Assembly (NCBI RefSeq): GCF_006345805.1
Contig: NC_042997.1
Location: 167,958,001 to 168,022,000, forward strand
Direction: 5' to 3'
Source of the DNA: Octopus sinensis
Lineage: Eukaryota
Length of the DNA: 64,000 nucleotides
Of the stretch, positions 36,301-48,489 are shown in pieces (the first letter of the stretch is position 1; the number at the start of each line of letters is the position of its first letter). Position numbers and translations under genes: made by a program. The notes under the pieces were generated by a model that saw nothing but the letters and a program-made list of their open reading frames with translations, had not been told where the DNA came from and did no database searches.

Positions 36301-39300
36301 ATTCAGACATACCTGTAAAAGACAGTGATAAATGTTTAATGCATATAAATATATACGTATGTACATCTAAATAGGTAAATAGTATAACATTCATATTACT
36401 GTAATACACCCTATGCCAGCATTAGATAGCAATAATAATCCTTTCTACTAAAGTAACAAGGCCTGAAATTTCGGGGAAGGGTACTAGTCAATTACATCAA
36501 CCCCAGTATTTCACTGGTACTTTATTTATCAACTCTGAAAGGATGAAAGGCAAAGCTGACCTCAGCAATATTTGAACTGAGAATGTAGCAAAATACTGCT
36601 AAGCATTTTGCTTAGTGCACTAACGATTCTACCAGCTCACTACAACAACAGCAGCCGCAGCAACAATGTTGTTGCTGCTGCAGCCTTTTGTTTTACATAT
36701 TCAATATCTAGTTATCATCTACAAATAAGTATGACTTGGCAGCATGAACCATGCTTTTGGTAATTGTTTTCAGTGCCTGTATTGTTATGTACAGACATAG
36801 ACTATCTCAGTCTTTTCACTCTTGGCCCAATGGAACATCAAGGATGTGACAGTTAAAGAGAGAGGAGGGGAGAGAAGGAGAGAGGAGGGGATAGTGGGGA
36901 AAGGAGATAGGAGGGAGATAGGGAAGGCAAGAGGAGAGGTAGGGAGAGAGAAGAGAAGGGAAGGAGAGTGATAAGGGAGAGCGAGGGGAAGAAGGGGAGG
37001 GAGAAGGAAAGAAGGGGAGAGCCACAGTAGCATTTGGTTGGTAATAATTTTGGCTGAGTAAACAAGAGCAACTTAAAATGAAGCGCCTTGCTCAAAGACA
37101 ACATACTGCACAGTCCAACAACAATAACACACCCACAAGGGAGTCTCTAGTCTGTCACTAAACCTGCTATAAATAGCAACCATATTTCCACATACCACAT
37201 CCAACCATCTTTTGAAAAAGGAAAGCACATATTGGATAATAAAGACCTACATACACAATATCTGGAAAAAAATGGTATGATTGTGGTTCAATAAGAACTG
37301 ACAACTTATTGTCACCTGGCCTACTAGATTTAACAGCCAAATCTCCCTCAAGTCATGTCCTACTGCTTTACAAAAAGGATACACTAGATGATGTAGTTCA
37401 AAAGTATTTTATGCCTGCAAAAAATAAAGATGGGTTAGTCATGGCAAGAATGATGAAATAAGTCTTACCTGTTCTAAGTCAAATGCTCTGATATCAATAT
37501 CTAACTGGATCTCCTCCAGATAAAGCAGTAAGGAGAACTTGGATTCATAATTCTCATAGCAGAGTGTCTGAAAGTAAACAGTAGAGATTCATTATTTATC
37601 AATAATCATCACCCTTTAACATCCATTTTCCATGCTGGTTTCTATGGATGGATGCCCTTCCTAATGCCAACCGCTTAACAGTGTCACCTGTCCACTCACT
37701 ACTTCACTGTTAACTTTCTATGGATAGATGGATACAGACTCATTGAATTCAGATAATTTTAATTTGAAATATTCTCTTAGTTTCTAACACAAAACTTTAA
37801 TAAGTAGTTCTACACAAACCAAATACTTCAATGTGCAGTACACATCCAGTCATAATTTAATCTGCAGTACCTTCATATTTTTACTTATGACACAATATAT
37901 TTCTTAGGAGTTTTATTTTTATATTTCTTCATGTTGAATGTTGTCAATCCGATAATCTAGAAGTCTTGCCAAAAGGCAAAACAGACTACAACTGCAATAA
38001 AAAGCAAAATTCACTGACTCCAAAGATATTCAAATTTTGTTAAGTGGAATTAATGTGCACTCAGACCAGACTGAATGCTAGTTAACATTAGAGACTGCAA
38101 CAGATGACCAATATCAATTGGCCAATGGCTAGTATGTTTGACATGCCTTAAGACGCTTCAGTAAAATTATAATTTATGTTTGAACAAAAAGAATTCAGTG
38201 AAACATACTTACTTCTTCTAGGATGGGAAAAACTTCTCTTAGCTCATCAGAATTAATAACAGGATTTCGTATTTCTTGTGGAACACGATATTGGCCAAGT
38301 CTTTTTGGTAATTGCAGCTTTGGATACCTTGAAGTAAAGAAGGATTTGAAATTTTTTTTTTTTTTAAATCTACCAAGTTTACATAATCAACATCAGTTTT
38401 ATGGATTCTTTTTGTATATAATTAATATAGACAGCACTGATTTAAAAAATAAAATGGTATGTAACATAGCCCAATAAAATTCATCTCTAGAGCAACTGAA
38501 CTTGAGAAAGGCTATCCATCTCCAGGCTGAACTCACAAGAGGAATTAAGCACAGCAATGCCGTTAATAAAAAACTTTACATTGAAGATTTGCTCTTCGGT
38601 ATGGTACTTATTACAGCATGATGGACTGGGCAATTTGAGAACCATCGTCTCAAAGTAATGTCTGTGACAGAATCATCATCATCAGCTAACATCCGCTGTC
38701 CATGCTGGCATGGGCTGGATGGTTTGACTGGGCTGGCACACTGGAAGGTTGCACCAGGATCCAGTCTGATTTGGCGTGGTTTTCTATGGTTGGATGCCCT
38801 TCTTAATGCCAACCACTCTGAGAGTGTAATGAGTGCATTTATGTGCCACCAGCACAGGTACCATTTGCATGACAGCAGTATCTGCCATGACTGTGATTTT
38901 GCTTGACTTGATGGGTTTTCTTCTCAAGCACGACAAAATGCCAAAGGTCTTGGCCATTGCCTCCATGAGGCCCAACACTGGAAAGGAACTTGACCACTTT
39001 GCCTCCATGAGGCCCAATGCTCTAAAGGAACTCAACCACCATGAGGCTCATTCAAAAGAAATTCAGCCATCTTGCCTCTGTGAATCATTAAATTCTTGGT
39101 TGATGATTCAATATTCTGATCAACTCACCAATCTTACATCCACTCTCACACATAAACATTGATTGATGTCAAATCAGGAGTTACAACAACAAACAAGTTC
39201 ATTTAGTAAATTGTTGTAATCATTTGCTTTAATCTAATTCGGACTGGTTAAATTTAACTAAGCTGTATGTAAGTCCTATTTTGTTAATTTCCTGGTAATC

Positions 39301-41721
39301 ATAAGTCAATATTCAACTGTTTATATGATACAAATACTAAAATATTTTTATGTATCTTTGTTCATTTAGGCATGAAGCAAATGGTTCTTCCTAGCCATAA
39401 TTATCCCCACAATTCCCACCAAGGCAATCAGAATAAGGTGTTTTGTTCAAAGAAAAAAAATCTGTCACTGGCTTTGATCGCTTGAGACCATCACTTTAAC
39501 CCCTCAATAAGATCATACCGTTATTAATTAATAACTATTCCCTTAATTTACCAAAACACCATCCTGCAGACTGGTCAGATTCTGTCAAATTTTACAACCC
39601 ATGGTAGCATCAAAGATGTATGTTAAAAAGAGGATTATGATAAACATCTTATCTCAAAGCAAAAAGCAAGAAAGCCAAGTTTAATACCTTGTCATTTTCT
39701 CCCCAGGAACAACCCAACTGTCGTCCATCGACTCTCTGTACCGAGTGAAAGGGGTTTTACTTTGCTGTGATCCCTGCATAGGTTGCGACTGTTGGGGCAT
39801 GTAATTTTGGTATGGATCAATTACAGTCACTGTAAGATGTCGCCCAATTCTAAACTTGTCGAACTTGAAAACTAGTAAGACCTTATGGTTTCCAATATAT
39901 CTGAAAGAGAAAATACAATAAAATACTATAATAAATGTCAAATAGTAAAAATCCCATTGAAATCAAGAAGTATACATGGAAAGTTAAATTAGTCCTCCTA
40001 AATAATTTAAAAAACAAGAGAAATGCAATTTATCATCATTATCATCAGAGGTTTGAGGTTTGCTTCCTGTTATTGACATAGATACAATACTGCACACCTG
40101 CCCACTCTATCAATATGTTTCTCAAAAGATTTTAAATTACTTGAGTTTAATTTTATTTTGACTATGTTTATCCTCCTAATCATCAACTTACTGAATTTTT
40201 CTCTCTCCTTTTTATATTTTTACCAAGCAAAGATGGTCCATTATTATTGCTTAGCCAAATCCTCATCCTAAGACAACTGGCATATCTCAACTCTACTCAT
40301 AACAAAGTAAGAAAGGATTTGAAATTAAATTTCCATGTAACTTTCAGCAAAATTACATTTTGAAATAAGAGCTGGTACAATTAAACAAATAAATTAGAGG
40401 GGGTTTATTTGCCTCACTAATATCTCATATTACAGCTAATATCTGTTTGACAAGAGATAATTAGGCTACACACCAACAAAAATAAACAGCAAAAATATCT
40501 TACTTGGTGGTGCAGGATATATTCACATAAGCTGCCATTTTAGGCTGAAGAACCAGCTGGCCTTTCACTTCTCTGGAACTTGAAACTGATTTAGAGCTGG
40601 CCATCATTTCTTTCACCACCTTCAAACGGTCCACATGGAACTGACTTTCCTCAGTAGGTAGCTGAATTTCAAGCAGTGTCTGTGGATGGTTTCCATTGTT
40701 CCGAATCCACAAAGTTATAACCTTGCTCTCCTCTTTAGACATCTTACCAAAATCAGAAATTCCACTAATGATGATCCCTTCTTTGTCTTTTAGTAGATCA
40801 CCAAGGTAGTTGCTGTGTGGGGTAATCTCAATTTGGCTGCAGACAGAAATGGTTAATACACAATGAAAAGCAGTTCAATATAATCACATTTAATAAACCA
40901 GAATCATCCCAGTTGGTCTTTTATAACAAAACACAAGCTAGGATATTTTAAAGCCATTCAAACAACAGGCTAATTCCATCCAGTTAACTTTCATAAGATA
41001 ACAGAGAAACTGTTTATACACAAGTTAAAATATCAGATATTTGACTGCCCCCACCCCCATCATCATCATTATTATTACTATTAATGGATTCCTAGAGTTA
41101 ATAAAAACATTTATAGTAATTATAATTCAAAAAGTGTTGCAATTGAGAGGTTTCCCTGCTAGGTAGTGGTATACTGTGGTATCAGCTTTCCAAAGATCAG
41201 GATAGATTCTTGTGGAATGGAGACAGAATGTGTATACATGTGTGTGTGTGTGTGTTTGTGTATGAAGAGTTTACAGAGGACAGGACTACTTCCAAAGTGC
41301 ACTGTCTGAGGGTTGTAAAAGGATACTATCTGAGTCAGCAGTCATGTTGGTTTGGAGTAACAAAAAGGTTTTTCACAGTTCATATGTAAGTATACATGGT
41401 ATTGGAACTGGCAGAATGAAGAAGGTAAAGTTTCAGTATTTTGCAAAGTGCATACAACGTAGAGTTAGAGGCAAATTCAACAAATGTGAAAGTTCTCACC
41501 GCCTAGTATTGATTACAGAGTATTATGGTTGAGAAGTGTTGAGTAGATAGCTTCCTCAGAGATGGAACTCACAAACATCTTTTACTTCTCAGATGGCAAC
41601 TGTGGCAACAGTATAAGTCAATATGTTGGTGAAGGTGGGTAGGTTTTTCCAGGTGTTGTAGGCAGTGTTCTATACTTGACTTGAACTACTGTAGTACAGG
41701 TATATGTGAACTACATATATA

Positions 41722-41754
<33 letters not shown>

Positions 41755-44700
41755 AACATACATATATATATAGATAGAGAAAGAAAGAGAGAGAGAGACA
41801 ACAGGCTTTCAGCTTCCATTCACCGAATACTCACAAGGATTTGGTTAACTCAAGTAAACAGAAGACACTAGCCCAAAGTGCCACACAATGGGATTGAACC
41901 CAAAACCATGTAGGTGTGAAGCAAGCTTCAACACATTCATGCTTTTCCCGAAGTATTTTTTGTCAGGATAATAAATGAAACAAGGTATGCTCATAAAGAG
42001 CACACCATTATTACATCAAGATATGAAAGTGTACTATGAATGCTTTTCCTGAAGGCACTTGTAGTTACTGGATTTGGTTGTTTGTGGAATGTAAAGAAAT
42101 ATGCTTAAATGGATGATTTTGATCACTTTTTGGCTGGATACCTTGGTGTATCAGAGCTAAAGCAAATTTGCTACCAGGGACAGTTAGTGTAAAGCTAAAA
42201 GATCTCAATCCAGCTAACTGATATGAAGTGCCATACAGTGCAGAAGAAGTAATCATGTCAGAAGTTGGTTTGTGTAAGGCTGACAACAGAATATTCTAAA
42301 GGTATTTACAAACAAAATGGTGGTACAAAATTGGGCAGCTTGTATACCTGCACTGACTTATCCATTTACATATAGCAGTAAGCATACGTAAAAAATTAAA
42401 TTAGATAGCTTTTTCAGAGAGGAAAACTGCAACTTACTTGTGTGGAGACCGTGGCAGACGAGACACTGAAATGGCTCTCCAATTACATTTTCCTTGTTTA
42501 CTTTCAATGGCTGTACAGCAGACTTGATCTTTACACTGTGGCTTATATCCGTCAGCACAAGCTTTGACATAAAAGAAGATATCTTTCTTGATGTAACCAT
42601 GATCCCGAAGGACAACACTGACTTCACTAGTGAATTGTTGTTGTCGAAGTGGCTGCACATCAAATGCAACCACCTCACTATTGTTTTCACGCAGATCAAC
42701 AGTCACCCAATCGCCCACTTCAGGTATGTAACCCTTGATACAGTTCTCTATTTTAAAGGGTATATCCTCATTAATTAATCCTTCACCAAGATGGCACTGT
42801 GTAATTGTGCCCACGCCAGGTGCTAACTCTTTCAAGAGTCCGTTAGAAACAGATTCAGATTCAACACAATCATCAGAATGATCTAGAAAAGAAAAAATTT
42901 ATATTTAGGAAAGTAAGACATATTATTAGAGTTTTATGGAGTCAGTATTCTCAGTTTTTTCTAGATGTAGTTCTTCAGCAGGTACCTTTCACCAAGACGC
43001 ACAACGTTTCTTCATTCAACATCTCTCAAATGTTTGAGCTAATATTTCAACTAATACCTTCTCAACTGCACTCAATCCAAACAAAAGCTTACACTTTACA
43101 TAATTCTCAAATAATTTGAGAAACACAAAAAAATAAACAAATTATATCTTACCAATAGAGACGACAATTATTTCAACTTTATCCTATGTTAAGCTACTAT
43201 ACTATCAACCACTCCATCAGTATTATGCATGTATCCTAGGTAGCACAAATTAACTGATTAAAAAAATGAGTAAACCACTTGTGCAGTGCATAGTTTTCAC
43301 ATTAAGATTGTTCATATTGATGACTACTTTAGTGCATCTATTCCAGCTAAAACTTTTGTTACTATAAATCTGTCATTACTCAAAATTATTCAATTTCTAA
43401 ATGATTTGCTCTAAACTAAAGCTGAGAGATTACATTATTGTATTTAGGGTCAAACAATGAGTATACACAAACAACACAGTATTTTAGTTTCTGTATATAT
43501 GTTGCTATAAGGCATCTGGAGATTCTTCTTTCAAATAATACCTTATTGTTGATCATATTTGTCATTTTAAGTATTTAAAGTAGATTATCAACAAAGAAAA
43601 GTTTTGTAGTTCTAAAACATTTCTCAATGAGAACCCTGTTTTCAACATGCAAAAGTTCCCATGAACATCTAGTTTTGGACTTCAGTGCAATTGTCAAAAC
43701 AAACAAAATGAAGATAATAATAGACAGAGCCTTGGTTGAAACCCTCCTAAATTTTCAAGGAATCCACTGTCAGTTCTGATACTTTTAGCGCGCTCTCTCT
43801 CTAACTGTCTATCTTTTAGTCTGACCCACTCTGACAAGTCATTCATCCATACATTGTTTGCTCATTGAGAAATAAACCCTGTTAAAGTTCTGTAGTTAAT
43901 TCATTTAGCAAAACAAATTTCATCACTAATTACAATCAAGTTTGTAACAATATGAAATATGTGGTCATGCTGGTGATGGAATGCTAACCCTGAAACATAA
44001 AAGATAATCTTAACAGGAGATAATTGTTACTTTAACCCTCACCTAGATTACTAGTAATTAAAGGCAAACAGCAATCAATAATCAAGACCCAAATAGTGAA
44101 AAGTAAATGTATCAACATATAAATATATTTTCCAGCCACAATAAAGTACCTGCACAAATGGAGCTGGCCAATGATAGGGAAGATGGAATCACTGAGTACT
44201 TACAGCAGGATGACATACTGATGCAAAAATAGTTGGTTGAGGTAACTGAATATTGAGGTCCAGCTGTAGTTCTGTATCTCGCTAAACAAAATTGCTTCAG
44301 ACAGTCAACATTAACAAGTCTCTTGTTTATCAAGCATGCCAAAGGTAAAATACTTAAATAATAAATGCGCCCATTTAAAGCCTAGCCAGGCAAATGGGCC
44401 CGGTTTCCTGGTTTCAGTGGTGTATGTGTTCCCTAGCTGAATGGGACACTAGTCCATCACAGCGTTACTCATTTTTGCCTGCTGAGTGGGCTGGAGCAAC
44501 ATGAAATGAAGTGCTTTGCTCAAGAACACAACGCGTCGCCCGGTCCAGGAATCGAAACCACAATCTTATGATCATGATGCTAACACCGTAACCACTAAGC
44601 CATGTGCCTCCTCAAAATACTTAAAAGTCCCACATAATCTTGAAAGCTCTTTTATACAGAGTCTGAAGAGGCTACAAAACATACATCTCAATGATTGGAT

Positions 44701-47700
44701 ACATGACCAATCAGAGAGATATTAAGGAATGAGTATTGTAATCTGCTGTGATCTAGTTATGAACAGTGATATACTGAACCTGTGTTCATATAGTCGATGA
44801 ATATAGTTGAATAGACCGGGTTCTGAAATAGGAAGAACTAGCTGTGACCATCCATTTTGGTAACATACAGAAATGTGGCTGGTGTACATCCAAGTTCATC
44901 CTTCATTGTAGAACACATTCTTGTTTAGCACAAGAAGATACTTTGATCTGCCAGCAACTTTAATGCAAACTTGAGCTAATAATAAAAGCATTCCACATCA
45001 TTGTTATTTGTTGGATGGTAAAAGGTGTTACAGGTGCTACTGTAACTCAACAGTTGTATCAATTCAATAAATAAATTGGAATCAAATTGTCATGCCCAAA
45101 CTGTTATAATGGTAAATGGCATGCTGTATCTAGAAGTTTAAATATACAAAAGTCTTAGCTGTGATTTCAGCTGTGATATCAAGTAGTGGAATAGCCTCAA
45201 GCCACCTGACATAGATGACAACTTAAGTAAGCATAGAACTATGTCCAAGTGAAGGAGGAAGTGGTCCCAGAAAAGCAATGTGAATGTGACTGAACGTAAC
45301 ATCAAAGGTGCCTAACAGTGATGTACTTTTGCTTCCTGACATGCCATGCAGCTCCTGGTCCATTCTTTGGATATCTTTGTTGATAACAATCCAGAAGGAA
45401 CATGCCAATATGAACTTGTGTAGATCTGCTGTCTGGGTGTGACAGACAGTGCAGTGGATTAAAGATTTCATACTGATGCTAGTTTTGGAACTAAAAGATG
45501 TTTGTGACCAGTGGAGATATCTCACCAAATATATTCATGTGAAGAAGGAAGTAGAACTTGCTAGACTAACAAAGAAGGTAATGAATTCTATAGCATGGAG
45601 AGTTTGTTGTGATTTTCTTGTATAAAAAACTGATGAAAGAAACAGAAATATAAAGTGCATCTATTACATGTGTGCATGAAGTGTATCTGCTTCCATATAG
45701 TAGAGTCCCTTGATATGCTTAATGTTAGTTGTATATTGAGAAATCTAGTGAAGATGGCAAGTCACTCTCACTGAATGACAATCAGTTTAAGATATTAAGG
45801 CTTACATCAAAGTTTACAGATTGAGTAATAGTGAAGATATGACAAAGTGTTTTACTTCACACAGAGGTGTGTTGCATATAACTCCAGTCCAAAAGTGTTG
45901 TACTGTGTTTCTACTGGTTGCAAACGTTTTGAGAAAGAAAGCTGTCAAACACCATCTACCACAGACACCTGATGCATAGTGGTGCATATATTCTAGGATG
46001 AACAAGAATGGTAATTTCAGTCAACTTACCTTTCATCTTTCTAGCTCACTCTCATAAAGGTGATAGACTGAATCTTCTTTCTGTTCCTGAGTATGTCAAT
46101 GAGCAATTGGATAGCATCAGTGCAATTACAGATGAGAGAGTAATAGAAGTTGTTGAAGCCAAGAAATTCTCTTAACTTACAGTGATGTAGGCACAAGAAA
46201 TTCTTCAAAGGCCTTCACTTTCTTCCCCAGAAGATAGATTCTTACTTTGTCATCAATTGGCCATGGAACATCAAAGATGTATCATCAAACAAACACATTA
46301 TGACTGATGACTATGCCATATTCAGTTAGGCAATTAAGGAGTAATTGAAGCTGACCATATTTGAGCTTAGATAGAAGTAACCTCCAGATGTCAACTATCA
46401 ATCTCTGAAATGTCTATGTAGTGCTACAAAGCCCAAATGATGTGTACAACTTGTAGAGTTTAAGGAATGTCATGATTGCTGCCTTGTGAATGTCCTCTGG
46501 CTCTACTGGGATCTAGTGGTATGCTATGACAAGGTCTATCTTGGATAAGGTTTATGTACTATTGAAAGATCTGTCGAGTAACTGGAAGTGTACAAATCAC
46601 CAAAACAAAGCCAGACATCTGGCGTCCTCTCAAAAATCATATGTATGCTAGACAACCAGTCAAATCAGTTACTAATGAATGAGCAAATTATGATGAACTC
46701 AAACACAACTAAACTGTGATTAAACAATGTTCAAATGATCTGGAGTAGAGCATCTAGATCTAATTAGCTCTGGTGGTTTTCATGTCTTACTATGGTGAAT
46801 AACTGTGAGCATTATTCCTCTGTCACTGTACACAAGATGAATGACTATTGAGTATTCACAAAGAAAGGTGTTGAACCTAAATGAAGTTGCTTTCAATAAC
46901 AGGGCTCACTGACTGAGAACAAGTAATGTGATTCCTAGCATAGTAAAACTGGTTACGGAATCAATAACATGATGGTGCTTCACATTCACTAAAAGACCAA
47001 GAAAATCAGCCTCAATGAAGGGATAAATCAACTTTGCAATGATGAACCATCAGAACACTTGTCATAATCTTAGCACAAGTGTGCTATTTCACCACATGTA
47101 GTAATGAGAGAGTGGTCAACAGACTGAAGTAAATTGATTGTTAATATGCATTTAAGCAGATGGGCTGCTTACTTTGCACCTGTGGCTACAAAATATTATA
47201 AACCTGTCAGTCACAATAAAGTAGGTAACTAATTGAGTTATAGAGAAAATCTGTTGCTGCAGTTTGGGCAGCCATTTCCCTTGTTTGAAGGAGTCCTTTT
47301 CCCCCTCCAACCCACGTGAACAAGGCTTGACACATTTATGAGTGTTGTCACCAATTTTCAAAGGTACCAATACTGTGAACCTTTATGCCTGATTAAACTA
47401 GTGCTACACACAAGCACTGACATGGAGAGCTATGTGAGCAGCTACTTTCTCTGCTACCCTTGACAGAGTTGAGCTGTGAACACTTGCATACAATGTGTCA
47501 AACTCACAACATAGCACTAAGTGTTCTGGCAAGTGTGGTAATGTAGAGCAGATGATGGAACACGGACCATAAACCATTAAAATTCACCTTAACCCAAAGA
47601 AAAGTGGTATATTTATTATAGTTGTTTTCAAAACAATGTTGCATCAGTTGTACCACAACTGAGTATAAACTTAAACTGCATACTTTTGAAGCCAACTACA

Positions 47701-48489
47701 ATACTGTGAGAAGACACTGTTCTGGGCTACCTCCTCATGGTTATAAATTCAGATTTACTACAGCTTATTTCATCATGGGTCTGGTCAAAAGACTTTATAG
47801 TGCATTAATTTTCAGACCTTTCTTGCTATCAGAAACAGGTATCAGATATTCTCGAAGTTGATAGATTACTAACGTACCTAGAACATGATACACTGGCATC
47901 ATATCCCACAAGATTTATCACTAATGTAATTAAAGACAGAACCAAATTGAAGAATCTTTAAGAGCTCTTATAGACTTCAAATATTTATACGTATTAATTC
48001 CAACACTAGATTCCTAGATTCTCTATGCATCTTTCTACCACTTTCAAAAGTTGGAATTATACCCAAACATACATTTTACACACATACACACACCTATTTT
48101 ACATGCAAATATCCACATTATTTGAACCCAAAGTTTACCTGAATCATTTTCTTCAGTCCACTGTTTCAATATACTCACTTGGTCAGCATACCACCCACCT
48201 TCACGATGTTGGCGACTGGCTATAACAGATACTTCGTTACCCACTTGTGGCCGTTGGCTTCCAACAACAACATTGTATGAGAAATACACATCACCATCTA
48301 TCAAGCCATGATTTCCAAATAGGTTAGTGATGTAGCCAGTAAAGGTACGAGTATTCTCCTCACAAGATTTGGTCCTCTCCCAGCTATGGAGCGTACTACT
48401 ACACCATCAACAGAACTGCTGAAGGACTGGCGTCGAGGAACATCCTCTTTCCACAGGAAATTGGCAAACTTTGTTAAGGCATTAAACAT
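18382..48489 (-). CDS. MOV10L1: MOV10L1/Armitage-like SF1 (UPF1-like) RNA helicase, about 1111 aa if a 1-nt frameshift in coding exon 1 is corrected
   Basis: Coding exons: 48489-48139, 42882-42438, 40836-40504, 39900-39688, 38327-38213, 37567-37469, 36312-36166, 34532-34441, 33290-33232, 32094-31861, 30814-30705, 28524-28447, 27462-27307, 26304-26239, 24941-24777, 23567-23394, 22361-22212, 21678-21571, 20687-20547, 18480-18382 (TGA); all GT-AG with matching phases. Motifs: GPPGTGKT (Walker A), [75 protein letters not shown]. Three N-terminal S1/OB-like repeats and an [15 protein letters not shown]-terminus favour MOV10L1 over MOV10. A further in-frame ATG lies at 48513. Confidence 0.93.
19695..19960 (+). 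mobile_element. Diverged tRNA-derived SINE
   Basis: CATGGCTTAGTGGTTAG head, TTCCTGGACC, and GTGTTGTGTTCTTGAGCAAAACACT core; related to 44356-44611. Confidence 0.65.
24966..25466 (+). mobile_element. Young RTE-related short element with (GAT)n tail
   Basis: CTTGTGAAGACCTGTTGAGG, repeated GGCACGTAAAAAGCACC units, GTTGGCGTTAGGAAGGGCATCCAGC, and tail AAACGATGATGATGATGA; many CpGs retained. Confidence 0.85.
28811..29080 (+). mobile_element. RTE-related short element
   Basis: Same 3' region and (GAT)n tail as the 24966 and 63420 copies. Confidence 0.85.
29340..29880 (-). mobile_element. Possible decayed CR1/L2-group LINE ORF2 3' remnant
   Basis: - strand peptide [16 protein letters not shown] resembles recalled SLSLFYRYY.G.CS.EL segments of such LINEs; purine-skewed. 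Weak. Confidence 0.3.
30096..30491 (+). mobile_element. tRNA-derived SINE with internal (TG)n, full length
   Basis: Highly similar to 50099-50498 and to the reverse complement of 11362-11768. Confidence 0.9.
32149..32435 (+). mobile_element. Young tRNA-derived SINE with 10-bp TSD
   Basis: A box TGGCCTAGTGG, B box GGTTCGACTC, TSD TGATTAATGT at 32139-32148 and 32436-32445; close copy at 56248. Confidence 0.9.
34915..36126 (-). mobile_element. 5'-truncated, frameshifted RTE-clade LINE (RT domain C-half and 3' UTR)
   Basis: - strand fragments [34 protein letters not shown] (YADD-like), [39 protein letters not shown]. 3' UTR shares CTTGTGAAGACCTGTTGA with the (GAT)n-tailed short elements. Confidence 0.88.
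36431..36640 (-). mobile_element. SINE (same family as 61047 and 6544 copies)
   Basis: AAGGCCTGAAATTT, CTGGTACTTTATTTATC and GAAAGGATGAAAGGCAAAG segments. Confidence 0.75.
36857..37020. repeat. Polypurine (GA/GGA-rich) low-complexity tract
   Basis: About 165 nt almost entirely A/G on the + strand. Confidence 0.9.
38673..39050 (-). mobile_element. RTE-related 3' fragment
   Basis: (CAT)n tail, GGATGCCCTTCTTAATGCCAACCACT, and a duplicated TTGCCTCCATGAGGCCCAA segment also seen in the LINE at about 35190. Confidence 0.75.
41702..41800. repeat. (TA)n / (GA)n microsatellite next to a partial SINE (41797-41940, -)
   Basis: Read directly. Confidence 0.85.
44356..44611 (-). mobile_element. tRNA-derived SINE
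   Basis: GGAGGCACATGGCTTAGTGGTTAC head, GTTTCGATTCC B box, GTTGTGTTCTTGAGCAAAGCACTT core, GAAACCAGGAAACCGGGCCC tail. Confidence 0.85.
44780..48000 (-). mobile_element. Heavily decayed Ty3/Gypsy LTR-retrotransposon internal region (gag-PR-RT-IN order)
   Basis: - strand remnants: [21 protein letters not shown] (47037-46972, protease-adjacent), [24 protein letters not shown] (46550-46476, RT), [15 protein letters not shown] (45288-45244) and [20 protein letters not shown] (45210-45151, integrase core). No LTRs recognised; boundaries approximate. Confidence 0.8.

Noticed and set aside
42065-42286. 73-aa ORF as a MOV10L1 cassette exon
   Set aside because: The nearby acceptors are not in phase 2 with this frame, and the phase-compatible readings hit stops.
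48360-48420. Programmed -1 ribosomal frameshift or micro-intron explaining the MOV10L1 frame break
   Set aside because: No slippery heptamer in the overlap window; the GT...AG candidate (GTGTAG...CATAG) is 21 nt, too short and a multiple of 3.
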